Assembly (NCBI RefSeq): GCF_964204645.1
Contig: NC_134036.1
Span: 7,416,163 to 7,480,162 of the forward strand
From: Tubulanus polymorphus
Lineage: Eukaryota; Animalia; Nemertea
Reading direction: 5' to 3'
Length of the DNA stretch: 64,000 bases
In this document: in pieces, positions 23,601 to 36,520 of the stretch
How positions within the stretch are numbered: the stretch's first letter is position 1
How the letters are laid out: every line of letters starts with the position of its first letter
Made by a program: the position numbers and the translations under genes
The notes under the pieces: model-generated
Seen by the model: the letters and a program-made list of their open reading frames with translations, nothing else
Told to the model about the DNA's origin: nothing
Database searches by the model: none

Positions 23601-26600
23601 GTCGTCCGTTCGTTGGTCAGTGTGCCGGCGGTGGTAGCTCGAAAAACGACTAAGTGCTGACCGGGCCTTGATCATTGTTACGACCCGGTGCAGTGAGGGA
23701 GGGAGGGAGGCAGTAGGTCGGTCGTCCGTCCGTTCGTCAGTGTGCCGGCGGTGGTAGTTCGAAAAACGACTAAGTGCTGACCGGGCCATGAACAGCGTTA
23801 CGACCCGGCACCGGTCAGGAAGGGAGGAAGGGTGTTAGTAGGTCGGTCGTCCATCCGTTCGTCAGTGTGCCGGCGGTGGTAGTTCGAAAAACGACTAAGT
23901 GCTGACCGGGCCTTGATCAGCGTTACGACCCGGTACAGTGAGGGAGGGAGGGAGGCAGTAGGTCGGTCGTCCGTCCGTTCGTCAGTGTGCCGGCGGTGGT
24001 TGTTCGAAAAACGACTAAGTGCTGACCGGGTCATGATCAGCGTTACGACCCGGTGCAGTGAGGGAGGGAGGGAGGGAGGCAGTAGGTCGGTCGTCCATCC
24101 GTTCGTCAGTGTGCCGGCGGTGGTTGTTCGAAAAACGACTAAGTGCTGACCGGGCCTTGATCAGCGTTACGACCCGGTGCAGTGAGGGAGGGAGGGAGGG
24201 AGGCAGTAGGTCAGTCGTCCATCCGTTCGTCAGTGTGCCGGCGGTGGTTGTTCGAAAAACGACTAAGTGCTGACCGGGCCATGAACAGCGTTACGACCCG
24301 GTACCGGTCAGGAAGGGAGGGAGGGTGGCAGTAGGTCGGTCGTCCGTTCGTTCGTCAGTGTGCCGGCGGTGGTTGTTCGAAAAACGACTAAGTGCTGACC
24401 GGGCCATGAACAGCGTTACGACCCGGCACCGGTCAGGAAGGGAGGGAGGGTGGCAGTAGGTCGGTCGTCCGTTCGTTGGTCAGTGTGCCGGCGGTGGTAG
24501 TTCGAAAAACGACTAAGTGCTGACCGGGCCATGAACAGCGTTACGACCCGGCACCGGTCAGGAAGGGAGGGAGGGTGGCAGTAGGTCGGTCGTCCATCCG
24601 TTCGTCAGTGTGCCGGCGGTGGTAGTTCGAAAAACGACTAAGTGCTGACCGGGCCTTGATCAGCGTTACGACCCGGTGCAGTGAGGGAGGGAGGGAGGCA
24701 GTAGGTCGGTCGTCCGTCCGTTCGTCAGTGTGCCGGCGGTGGTTGTTCGAAAAACGACTAAGTGCTGACCGGGTCATGATCAGCGTTACGACCCGGTGCA
24801 GTGAGGGAGGGAGGGAGGGAGGCAGTAGGTCGGTCGTCCATCCGTTCGTCAGTGTGCCGGCGGTGGTTGTTCGAAAAACGACTAAGTGCTTACCGGGCCT
24901 TGATCAGCGTTACGACCCGGTGCAGTGAGGGAGGGAGGGAGGGAGGCAGTAGGTCGGTCGTCCATCCGTTCGTCAGTGTGCCGGCGGTGGTTGTTCGAAA
25001 AACGACTAAGTGCTGACCGGGCCATGATCAGCGTTACGACCCGGTGCAGTGAGGGAGGGAGGGAGGCACTAGGACAGTCGTCCGCCCGTTAGTCAGTGTG
25101 TCGGCGGTTGTTGTTCGAAAAACGACTAAGTGCTGACCGGGCCATGAACAGCGTTACGACCCGGCACCGGTCAGGGAGGGAGGCAGTAGGTCGGTCGTCC
25201 GTCCGTTCGTCATTGTGCCGGCGGTGGTAGTTCGAAAAACGACTAAGTGCTGACCGGGCCTTGATCAGCGTTACGACCCGGAGCATTGAGGGAGGGAGGG
25301 AGGCAGTAGGTCGGTCGTCCGTCCGTTTGTCAGTGTGCCGGCAGCGATGGTTGTTCGAAAAATGACTAAGGGCTGACCGGGCCTTGATCAGCGTTACGAC
25401 CCGGAGCATTGAGGGAGGGAGGGAGGCAGTAGGTCGGTCGTCCATCCGTTCGTCAGTGTGCCGGCGGTGGTAGTTCGAAAAACGACTAAGTGCTGACCGG
25501 GCCTAGATCAGCGTTACGACCCGGTGCAGTGAGGGAGGGAGGGAGGCAGTAGGTCGGTCGTCCGTCCGGTCGTCAGTGTGCCGGCGGTGGTTGTTCGAAA
25601 AACGACTAAGTGCTGACCGGGCCATGAACAGCGTTACGACCCGGCACCGGTCAGGAAGGGAGGGAGGGTGGCAGTAGGTCGGTCGTCCGTCCGTTCGTCA
25701 GTGTGCCGGCGGTGGTAGTTCGAAAAACGACTAAGTGCTGACCGGGCCATGAACAGCGTTACGACCCGGCACCGGTCAGGAAGGGAGGGAGGGTGGCAGT
25801 AGGTCGGTCGTCCATCCGTTCGTCAGTGTGCCGGCGGTGGTAGTTCGAAAAACGACTAAGTGCTGACCGGGCCTTGATCAGCGTTACGACCCGGTACAGT
25901 GAGGGAGGGAGGGAGGCAGTAGGTCGGTCGTCCGTCCGTTCGTCAGTGTGCCGGCGGTGGTTGTTCGAAAAACGACTAAGTGCTGACCGGGTCATGATCA
26001 GCGTTACGACCCGGTGCAGTGAGGGAGGGAGGGAGGGAGGCAGTAGGTCGGTCGTCCATCCGTTCGTCAGTGTGCCGGCGATGGTTGTTCGAAAAACGAC
26101 TAAGTGCTGACCGGGCCTTGATCAGCGTTACGACCCGGTGCAGTGAGGGAGGGAGGGAGGCACTAGGACAGTCGTCCGCCCGTTAGTCAGTGTGCCGGCG
26201 GTGGTTGTTCGAAAAACGACTAAGTGCTGACCGGGCCTTGATCAGCGTTACGACCCGGCACCGGTCAGGGAGGGAGGGAGGGAGGCAGTAGGTCGGTCGT
26301 CCGTCCGTTCGTCACTGTGCCGGCGGTGGTAGTTCGAAAAACGACTAAGTGCTGACCGGGCCTTGATCAGCGTTACGACCCGGAGCTTTGAGGGAGGGAG
26401 GGAGGCAGTAGGTCGGTCGTCCGTCCGTTTGTCAGTGTGCCGGCAGTGATGGTTGTTCGAAAAAATGACTAAGGGCTGACCGGGCCATGAACAGCGTTAC
26501 GACCCGGCGCTGGTCAGGGCGGGAGGGAGGGAGGCAGTAGGTCGGTCGTCCATCCGTTCGTCAGTGTGCCGGCGGTGGTTGTTCGAAAAACGACTAAGTG

Positions 26601-28476
26601 CTGACCGGGCCATGAACAGCGTTACGACCCGGCACCGGTCAGGAAGGGAGGGAGGGTGGCAGTAGGTCGGTCGTCCGTTCGTTGGTCAGTGTGCCGGCGG
26701 TGGTAGTTCGAAAAACGACTAAGTGCTGACCGGGCCTTGATCAGCGTTACGACCCGGTGCAGTGAGGGAGGGAGGGAGGCAGTAGGTCGGTCGTCCGTCC
26801 GTTCGTCAGTGTGCCGGCGGTGGTTGTTCGAAAAACGACTAAGTGCTGACCGGGCCATGAACAGCGTTACGACCCGGCACCGGTCAGGAAGGGAGGGAGG
26901 GTGGCAGTAGGTCGGTCGTCCGTTCGTTGGTCAGTGTGCCGGCGGTGGTAGTTCGAAAAACGACTAAGTGCTGACCGGGCCATGAACAGCGTTACGACCC
27001 GGCACCGGTCAGGAAGGGAGGGAGGGTGGCAGTAGGTCGGTCGTCCATCCGTTCGTCAGTGTGCCGGCGGTGGTAGTTCGAAAAACGACTAAGTGCTGAC
27101 CGGGCCTTGATCAGCGTTACGACCCGGTACAGTGAGGGAGGGAGGGAGGCAGTAGGTCGGTCGTCCGTCCGTTCGTCAGTGTGCCGGCGGTGGTTGTTCG
27201 AAAAACGACTAAGTGCTGACCGGGCCTTGATCAGCGTTACGACCCGGAGCATTGAGGGAGGGAGGGAGGCAGTAGGTCGGTCGTCCGTCCGTCCGTTTGT
27301 CAGTGTGCCGGCAGCGATGGTTGTTCGAAAAATGACTAAGGGCTGACCGGGCCTTGATCAGCGTTACGACCCGGAGCATTGAGGGAGGGAGGGAGGGAGG
27401 CAGTAGGTCGGTCGTCCATCCGTTCGTCAGTGTGCCGGCGGTGGTAGTTCGAAAAACGACTAAGTGCTGACCGGGCCTTGATCAGCGTTACGACCCGGTG
27501 CAGTGAGGGAGGGAGGGAGGCAGTAGGTCGGTCGTCCGTCCGTTCGTCAGTGTGCCGGTGGTGGTTGTTCGAAAAACGACTAAGTGCTGACCGGGCCTTG
27601 ATCAGCGTTACGACCCGGCGCAGTGAGGGAGGGAGGGAGGGAGGCAGTAGGTCGGTCGTCCATCCGTTCGTCAGTGTGCCGGCGGTGGTTGTTCGAAAAA
27701 CGACTAAGTGCTGACCGGGCCTTGATCAGCGTTACGACCCGGTGCAGTGAGGGAGGGAGGGAGGCACTAGGACAGTCGTCCGCCCGTTAGTCAGTGTGTC
27801 GGCGGTTGTTGTTCGAAAAACGACTAAGTGCTGACCGGGCCATGAACAGCGTTACGACCCGGCACCGGTCAGGAAGGGAGGGAGGGTGGCAGTAGGTCGG
27901 TCGTCCGTTCGTTCGTCAGTGTGCCGGCGGTTGTTGTTCGAAAAACGACTAAGTGCTGACCGGGCCTTGATCAGCGTTACGACCCGGTGCAGTGAGGGAG
28001 GGAGGGAGGCAGTAGGTCGGTCGTCCATCCGTTCGTCAGTGTGCCGGCGGTGGTAGTTCGAAAAACGACTAAGTGCTGACCGGGCCTTGATCAGCGTTAC
28101 GACCCGGTGCAGTGAGGGAGGGAGGGAGGGAGGCAGTAGGTCGGTCGTCCATCCGTTCGTCAGTGTGCCGGCGGTGGTTGTTCGAAAAACGACTAAGTGC
28201 TGACCGGGCCATGATCAGCGTTACGACCCGGTGCAGTGAGGGAGGGAGGGAGGCACTAGGACAGTCGTCCGCCCGTTAGTCAGTGTGCCGGCGGTGGTTG
28301 TTCGAAAAACGACTAAGTGCTGACCGGGCCTTGATCAGCGTTACGACCCGGCACCGGTCAGGGAGGGAGGGAGGGAGGCAGTAGGTCGGTCGTCCGTCCG
28401 TTCGTCACTGTGCCGGCGGTGGTAGTTCGAAAAACGACTAAGTGCTGACCGGGCCTTGATCAGCGTTACGACCCGG
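20620..28476 (+). repeat. ~7.85-kb block, copy A (duplicated at ~43702-51558, constant offset 23082 bp)
   Basis: ORF-track pairs 21102/44184, 22205/45287, 22450/45532, 23553/46635, 23798/46880, 24541/47623, 25089/48171, 25759/48841 and 27478/50560 are all offset by 23082. Rare variants CAGATAGG, GGTGTTAGTA and GCTTACCGG are shared. Confidence 0.9.
21102..24100 (+). repeat. 1348-bp (11-monomer) higher-order repeat, ~2.2 copies (again at 44184-47180)
   Basis: ORFs at 21102, 22450 and 23798 (and 44184, 45532, 46880) are spaced exactly 1348 bp apart with the same monomer-subtype order. Confidence 0.85.
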
Positions 28477-31048
28477 CACCGGTCAGGAAGGGAGGGAGGG
28501 TGGCAGTAGGTCGGTCGTCCATCCGTTCGTCAGTGTGCCGGCGGTGGTAGTTCGAAAAACGACTAAGTGCTGACCGGGCCTTGATCAGCGTTACGACCCG
28601 GTACAGTGAGGGAGGGAGGGAGGCAGTAGGTCGGTCGTCCGTCCGTTCGTCAGTGTGCCGGCGGTGGTTGTTCGAAAAACGACTAAGTGCTGACCGGGTC
28701 ATGATCAGCGTTACGACCCGGTGCAGTGAGGGAGGGAGGGAGGGAGGCAGTAGGTCGGTCGTCCATCCGTTCGTCAGTGTGCCGGCGATGGTTGTTCGAA
28801 AAACGACTAAGTGCTGACCGGGCCTTGATCAGCGTTACGACCCGGTGCAGTGAGGGAGGGAGGGAGGCACTAGGACAGTCGTCCGCCCGTTAGTCAGTGT
28901 GCCGGCGGTGGTTGTTCGAAAAACGACTAAGTGCTGACCGGGCCTTGATCAGCGTTACGACCCGGCACCGGTCAGGGAGGGAGGGAGGGAGGCAGTAGGT
29001 CGGTCGTCCGTCCGTTCGTCACTGTGCCGGCGGTGGTAGTTCGAAAAACGACTAAGTGCTGACCGGGCCTTGATCAGCGTTACGACCCGGAGCTTTGAGG
29101 GAGGGAGGGAGGCAGTAGGTCGGTCGTCCGTCCGTTTGTCAGTGTGCCGGCAGTGATGGTTGTTCGAAAAAATGACTAAGGGCTGACCGGGCCATGAACA
29201 GCGTTACGACCCGGCGCTGGTCAGGGCGGGAGGGAGGGAGGCAGTAGGTCGGTCGTCCATCCGTTCGTCAGTGTGCCGGCGGTGGTTGTTCGAAAAACGA
29301 CTAAGTGCTGACCGGGCCATGAACAGCGTTACGACCCGGCACCGGTCAGGAAGGGAGGGAGGGTGGCAGTAGGTCGGTCGTCCGTTCGTTGGTCAGTGTG
29401 CCGGCGGTGGTAGTTCGAAAAACGACTAAGTGCTGACCGGGCCTTGATCAGCGTTACGACCCGGTGCAGTGAGGGAGGGAGGGAGGCAGTAGGTCGGTCG
29501 TCCGTCCGTTCGTCAGTGTGCCGGCGGTGGTTGTTCGAAAAACGACTAAGTGCTGACCGGGCCATGAACAGCGTTACGACCCGGCACCGGTCAGGAAGGG
29601 AGGGAGGGTGGCAGTAGGTCGGTCGTCCGTTCGTTGGTCAGTGTGCCGGCGGTGGTAGTTCGAAAAACGACTAAGTGCTGACCGGGCCATGAACAGCGTT
29701 ACGACCCGGCACCGGTCAGGAAGGGAGGGAGGGTGGCAGTAGGTCGGTCGTCCATCCGTTCGTCAGTGTGCCGGCGGTGGTAGTTCGAAAAACGACTAAG
29801 TGCTGACCGGGCCTTGATCAGCGTTACGACCCGGTACAGTGAGGGAGGGAGGGAGGCAGTAGGTCGGTCGTCCGTCCGTTCGTCAGTGTGCCGGCGGTGG
29901 TTGTTCGAAAAACGACTAAGTGCTGACCGGGCCTTGATCAGCGTTACGACCCGGAGCATTGAGGGAGGGAGGGAGGCAGTAGGTCGGTCGTCCGTCCGTC
30001 CGTTTGTCAGTGTGCCGGCAGCGATGGTTGTTCGAAAAATGACTAAGGGCTGACCGGGCCTTGATCAGCGTTACGACCCGGAGCATTGAGGGAGGGAGGG
30101 AGGGAGGCAGTAGGTCGGTCGTCCATCCGTTCGTCAGTGTGCCGGCGGTGGTAGTTCGAAAAACGACTAAGTGCTGACCGGGCCTTGATCAGCGTTACGA
30201 CCCGGTGCAGTGAGGGAGGGAGGGAGGCAGTAGGTCGGTCGTCCGTCCGTTCGTCAGTGTGCCGGTGGTGGTTGTTCGAAAAACGACTAAGTGCTGACCG
30301 GGCCTTGATCAGCGTTACGACCCGGCGCAGTGAGGGAGGGAGGGAGGGAGGCAGTAGGTCGGTCGTCCATCCGTTCGTCAGTGTGCCGGCGATGGTTGTT
30401 CGAAAAACGACTAAGTGCTGACCGGGCCTTGATCAGCGTTAAGACCCGGTGCAGTGAGGGAGGGAGGGAGGCACTAGGACAGTCGTCCGCCCGTTAGTCA
30501 GTGTGTCGGCGGTTGTTGTTCGAAAAACGACTAAGTGCTGACCGGGCCATGAACAGCGTTACGACCCGGCACCGGTCAGGAAGGGAGGGAGGGTGGCAGT
30601 AGGTCGGTCGTCCGTTCGTTCGTCAGTGTGCCGGCGGTTGTTGTTCGAAAAACGACTAAGTGCTGACCGGGCCTTGATCAGCGTTACGACCCGGTGCAGT
30701 GAGGGAGGGAGGGAGGCAGTAGGTCGGTCGTCCATCCGTTCGTCAGTGTGCCGGCGGTGGTAGTTCGAAAAACGACTAAGTGCTGACCGGGCCTTGATCA
30801 GCGTTACGACCCGGTGCAGTGAGGGAGGGAGGGAGGGAGGCAGTAGGTCGGTCGTCCATCCGTTCGTCAGTGTGCCGGCGGTGGTTGTTCGAAAAACGAC
30901 TAAGTGCTGACCGGGCCATGATCAGCGTTACGACCCGGTGCAGTGAGGGAGGGAGGGAGGCACTAGGACAGTCGTCCGCCCGTTAGTCAGTGTGCCGGCG
31001 GTGGTTGTTCGAAAAACGACTAAGTGCTGACCGGGCCTTGATCAGCGT
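25770..31048 (+). repeat. Tandem duplication of a 2707-bp (22-monomer) higher-order unit (~1.95 copies)
   Basis: ORF pairs 25759/28466, 26622/29329, 26992/29699 and 27478/30185 are all offset by 2707. Both copies share GAGCTTTG, an extra GTCC unit and GCCGGTGGTGG. Confidence 0.9.
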
Positions 31049-32888
31049 TACGACCCGGTGCAGTGAGGGAGGGAGGGAGGCAGTAGGTTGTTCGTCCGTC
31101 CGTTCGTCAGTGTGCCGGCGGTGGTTGTTCGAAAAACGACTAAGTGCTGACCGGGCCTTGATCAGCGTTACGACCCGGTGCAGTGAGGGAGGGAGGGAGG
31201 CAGTAGGTTGGTCGTCCGTCCGTTCGTCAGTGTGCCGGCGGTGGTTGTTCGAAAAACGACTAAGTGCTGACCGGGCCTTGATCAGCGTTACGACCCGGAG
31301 CAGTGAGGGAGGGAGGGAGGTAGTAGGTCGGTCGTCCGTTCGTTCGTCAGTGTGCCGGCGGTGGTTGTTCGAAAAACGACTAAGTGCTGACCGGGCCTTG
31401 ATCAGCGTTACGACCCGGCACCGGTCAGGGAGGGAGGGAGGGAGGCAGTAGGTCGGTCGTCCGTCCGTTCGTCATTGTGCCGGCGGTGATTGTTCGAAAA
31501 ACGACTAAGTGCTGACCGGGCCTTAATCAGCGTTACGACCAGGCACCGGTCAGGGAGGGAGGGAGGGAGGCAGTAGGTCGGTCGTCCATCCGTTCGTCAG
31601 TGTGCCGGCGGTGGTAGTTCGAAAAACGACTAAGTGCTGACCGGGCCTAGATCAGCGTTACGACCCGTTGCAGTGAGGGAGGGAGGGAGGCAGTAGGTCG
31701 GTCGTCCGTCCGGTCGTCAGTGTGCCGGCGGTGGTTGTTCGAAAAACGACTAAGTGCTGACCGGGCCTTGATCAGCGTTACTACCCGGTGCAGTGAGGGA
31801 GGGAGGGAGGCACTAGGACAGTCGTCCGCCCGTTAGTCAGTGTGTCGGCGGTTGTTGTTCGAAAAACGACTAAGTGCTGACCGGGCCATGAACAGCGTTA
31901 CGACCCGGCACCGGTCAGGAAGGGAGGGAGGGTGGCAGTAGGTCGGTCGTCCGTCCGTTCGTCAGTGTGCCGGCGGTGGTTGTTCGAAAAACGAATAAGT
32001 GCTGACCGGGCCTTAATCAGCGTTACGACCCGGCACCGGTCAGGGAGGGAGGGAGGGAGGCAGTAGGTCGGTCGTCCGTCCGTTCGTCAGTGTGCCGGCG
32101 GTGGTTGTTCGAAAAACGACTAAGTGCTGACCGGGCCTTGATCAGCGTTACGACCCGGAGCAGTGAGGGAGGGAGGGAGGCAGTAGGTCGGTCGTCTGTC
32201 CGTTCGCCAGTGTGCCGGCGGTGGTTGTTCGAAAAACGACTAAGTGCTGACCGGGCCTTGATCAGCGTTACGACCCGGAGCATTGAGGGAGGGAGGGAGG
32301 GAGTAGGTCGGTCGTCCGTCCGTTTGTCAGTGTGCCGGCAGTGATGGTTGTTCGAAAAACGACTAAGGGCTGACCGGGCCTTAATCAGCGTTACGACCCG
32401 GCGCTGGTCAGGGAGGGAGGGAGGGAGGCAGTAGGTCGGTCGTCCGTCCGTTCGTCATTGTGCCGGCGGTGATAGTTCGAAAAACGACTAAGTGCTGACC
32501 GGGCCTTGATCAGCGTTACGACCCGGTGCAGTGAGGGAGGGAGGGAGGGAGGAACTAGGACAGTCGTCCGCCCGTTAGTCAGTGTGTCGGCGGTTGTTGT
32601 TCGAAAAACGACTAAGTGCTGACCGGGCCATGAACAGCGTTACGACCCGGCACCGGTCAGGAAGGGAGGGAGGGTGGCAGTAGGTCGGTCGTCCGTTCGT
32701 TGGTCAGTGTGCCGGCGGTGGTAGTTCGAAAAACGACTAAGTGCTGACCGGGCCTTGATCAGCGTTACGACCCGGTGCAGTGAGGGAGGGAGGGAGGGAG
32801 GCAGTAGGTCGGTCGTCCGTCCGTTCGTCAGTGTGCCGGCGGTGGTAGTTCGAAAAACGACTAAGTGCTGACCGGGCCATGAACAGCG

Positions 32889-35800
32889 TTACGACCCGGC
32901 ACCGGTCAGGAAGGGAGGGAGGGTGGCAGTAGGTCGGTCGTCCATCCGTTCGTCAGTGTGCCGGCGGTGGTAGTTCGAAAAACGACTAAGTGCTGACCGG
33001 GCCTTGATCAGCGTTACGACCCGGCACAGTGAGGGAGGGAGGGAGGCAGTAGGTCGGTCGTCCGTCCGTTCGTCAGTGTGCCGGCGGTGGTTGTTCGAAA
33101 AACGACTAAGTGCTGACCGGGTCATGATCAGCGTTACGACCCGGTGCAGTGAGGGAGGGAGGGAGGGAGGCAGTAGGTCGGTCGTCCATCCGTTCGTCAG
33201 TGTGCCGGCGATGGTTGTTCGAAAAACGACGAAGTGCTGACCGGGCCTTGATCAGCGTTACGACCCGGTGCAGTGAGGGAGGGAGGGAGGCACTAGGACA
33301 GTCGTCCGCCCGTTAGTCAGTGTGCCGGCGGTGGTTGTTCGAAAAACGACTAAGTGCTGACCGGGCCTTGATCAGCGTTACGACCCGGCACCGGTCAGGG
33401 AGGGAGGGAGGGAGGCAGTAGGTCGGTCGTCCGTCCGTTCGTCACTGTGCCGGCGGTGGTAGTTCGAAAAACGACTAAGTGCTGACCGGGCCTTGATCAG
33501 CGTTACGACCCGGAGCATTGAGGGAGGGAGGGAGGCAGTAGGTCGGTCGTCCGTCCGTTTGTCAGTGTGCCGGCAGTGATGGTTGTTCGAAAAAATGACT
33601 AAGGGCTGACCGGGCCTTGATCAGCGTTACGACCCGGCGCTGGTCAGGGCGGGAGGGAGGGAGGCAGTAGGTCGGTCGTCCATCCGTTCGTCAGTGTGCC
33701 GGCGGTGGTAGTTCGAAAAACGACTAAGTGCTGACCGGGCCTAGATCAGCGTTACGACCCGGTGCAGTGAGGGAGGGAGGGAGGCAGTAGGTCGGTCGTC
33801 CGTCCGGTCGTCAATGTGCTGGCGGTGGTTGTTCGAAAAACGACTAAGTGCTGACCGGGCCTTGATCAGCGTTACGACCCGGTGCAGTGAGGGAGGGAGG
33901 GAGGAACTAGGACAGTCGTCCGCCCGTTAGTCAGTGTGTCGGCGGTTGTTGTTCGAAAAACGACTAAGTGCTGACCGGGCCATGAACAGCGTTACGACCC
34001 GGCACCGGTCAGGAAGGGAGGGAGGGTGGCAGTAGGTCGGTCGTCCGTTCGTTGGTCAGTGTGCCGGCGGTGGTAGTTCGAAAAACGACTAAGTGCTGAC
34101 CGGGCCTTGATCAGCGTTACGACCCGGCACCGGTCAGGAAGGGAGGGAGGGTGGCAGTAGGTCGGTCGTCCATCCGTTCGTCAGTGTGCCGGCGGTGGTA
34201 GTTCGAAAAACGACTAAGTGCTGACCGGGCCTTGATCAGCGTTACGACCCGGTACAGTGAGGGAGGGAGGGAGGCAGTAGGTCGGTCGTCCGTCCGTTCG
34301 TCAGTGTGCCGGCGGTGGTTGTTCGAAAAACGACTAAGTGCTGACCGGGTCATGATCAGCGTTACGACCCGGTGCAGTGAGGGAGGGAGGGAGGGAGGCA
34401 GTAGGTCGGTCGTCCATCCGTTCGTCAGTGTGCCGGCGATGGTTGTTCGAAAAACGACGAAGTGCTGACCGGGCCTTGATCAGCGTTACGACCCGGTGCA
34501 GTGAGGGAGGGAGGGAGGCACTAGGACAGTCGTCCGCCCGTTAGTCAGTGTGCCGGCGGTGGTTGTTCGAAAAACGACTAAGTGCTGACCGGGCCTTGAT
34601 CAGCGTTACGACCCGGCACCGGTCAGGGAGGGAGGGAGGGAGGCAGTAGGTCGGTCGTCCGTCCGTTCGTCACTGTGCCGGCGGTGGTAGTTCGAAAAAC
34701 GACTAAGTGCTGACCGGGCCTTGATCAGCGTTACGACCCGGAGCATTGAGGGAGGGAGGGAGGCAGTAGGTCGGTCGTCCGTCCGTTTGTCAGTGTGCCG
34801 GCAGTGATGGTTGTTCGAAAAAATGACTAAGGGCTGACCGGGCCTTGATCAGCGTTACGACCCGGCGCTGGTCAGGGCGGGAGGGAGGGAGGCAGTAGGT
34901 CGGTCGTCCATCCGTTCGTCAGTGTGCCGGCGGTGGTAGTTCGAAAAACGACTAAGTGCTGACCGGGCCTAGATCAGCGTTACGACCCGGTGCAGTGAGG
35001 GAGGGAGGGAGGCAGTAGGTCGGTCGTCCGTCCGGTCGTCAATGTGCTGGCGGTGGTTGTTCGAAAAACGACTAAGTGCTGACCGGGCCTTGATCAGCGT
35101 TACGACCCGGTGCAGTGAGGGAGGGAGGGAGGAACTAGGACAGTCGTCCGCCCGTTAGTCAGTGTGTCGGCGGTTGTTGTTCGAAAAACGACTAAGTGCT
35201 GACCGGGCCATGAACAGCGTTACGACCCGGCACCGGTCAGGAAGGGAGGGAGGGTGGCAGTAGGTCGGTCGTCCGTTCGTTGGTCAGTGTGCCGGCGGTG
35301 GTAGTTCGAAAAACGACTAAGTGCTGACCGGGCCTTGATCAGCGTTACGACCCGGCACCGGTCAGGAAGGGAGGGAGGGTGGCAGTAGGTCGGTCGTCCA
35401 TCCGTTCGTCAGTGTGCCGGCGGTGGTAGTTCGAAAAACGACTAAGTGCTGACCGGGCCTTGATCAGCGTTACGACCCGGTACAGTGAGGGAGGGAGGGA
35501 GGCAGTAGGTCGGTCGTCCGTCCGTTCGTCAGTTTGCCGGCGGTGGTTGTTCGAAAAACGACTAAGTGCTGACCGGGTCATGATCAGCGTTACGACCCGG
35601 TGCAGTGAGGGAGGGAGGGAGGGAGGCAGTAGGTCGGTCGTCCATCCGTTCGTCAGTGTGCCGGCGATGGTTGTTCGAAAAACGACTAATTGCTGACCGG
35701 GCCTTGATCAGCGTTACGACCCGGTGCAGTGAGGGAGGGAGGGAGGCACTAGGACAGTCGTCCGCCCGTTAGTCAGTGTGCCGGCGGTGGTTGTTCGAAA

Positions 35801-36520
35801 AACGACTAAGTGCTGACCGGGCCTTGATCAGCGTTACGACCGGCACCGGTCAGGGAGGGAGGGAGGGAGGCAGTAGGTCGGTCGTCCGTCCGTTCGTCAC
35901 TGTGCCGGCGGTGGTAGTTCGAAAAACGACTAAGTGCTGACCGGGCCTTGATCAGCGTTACGACCCGGAGCTTTGAGGGAGGGAGGGAGGCAGTAGGTCG
36001 GTCGTCCGTCCGTTTGTCAGTGTGCCGGCAGTGATGGTTGTTCGAAAAAAATGACTAAGGGCTGACCGGGCCTTGATCAGCGTTACGACCCGGCGCTGGT
36101 CAGGGCGGGAGGGAGGGAGGCAGTAGGTCGGTCGTCCATCCGTTCGTCAGTGTGCCGGCGGTGGTAGTTCGAAAAACGACTAAGTGCTGACCGGGCCTAG
36201 ATCAGCGTTACGACCCTGTGCAGTGAGGGAGGGAGGGAGGCAGTAGGTCGGTCGTCCGTCCGGTCGTCAGTGTGCCGGCGGTGGTTGTTCGAAAAACGAC
36301 TAAGTGCTGACCGGGCCATGATCAGCGTTACGACCCGGTGCAGTGAGGGTGGGAGGGAGGAACTAGGACAGTCGTCCGCCCGTTAGTCAGTGTGTCGGCG
36401 GTTGTTGTTCGAAAAACGACTAAGTGCTGACCGGGCCATGAACAGCGTTACGACCCGGCACCGGTCAGATAGGGAGGGAGGGTGGCAGTAGGTCGGTCGT
36501 CCGTTCGTTGGTCAGTGTGC
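32889..36520 (+). repeat. 1228-bp (10-monomer) higher-order repeat, ~3 copies; equals the 11-mer minus one 120-bp monomer
   Basis: ORFs at 32889, 34117 and 35345 are spaced 1228 bp apart; hybrid junction monomers occur at ~34100 and ~35330. Confidence 0.85.
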
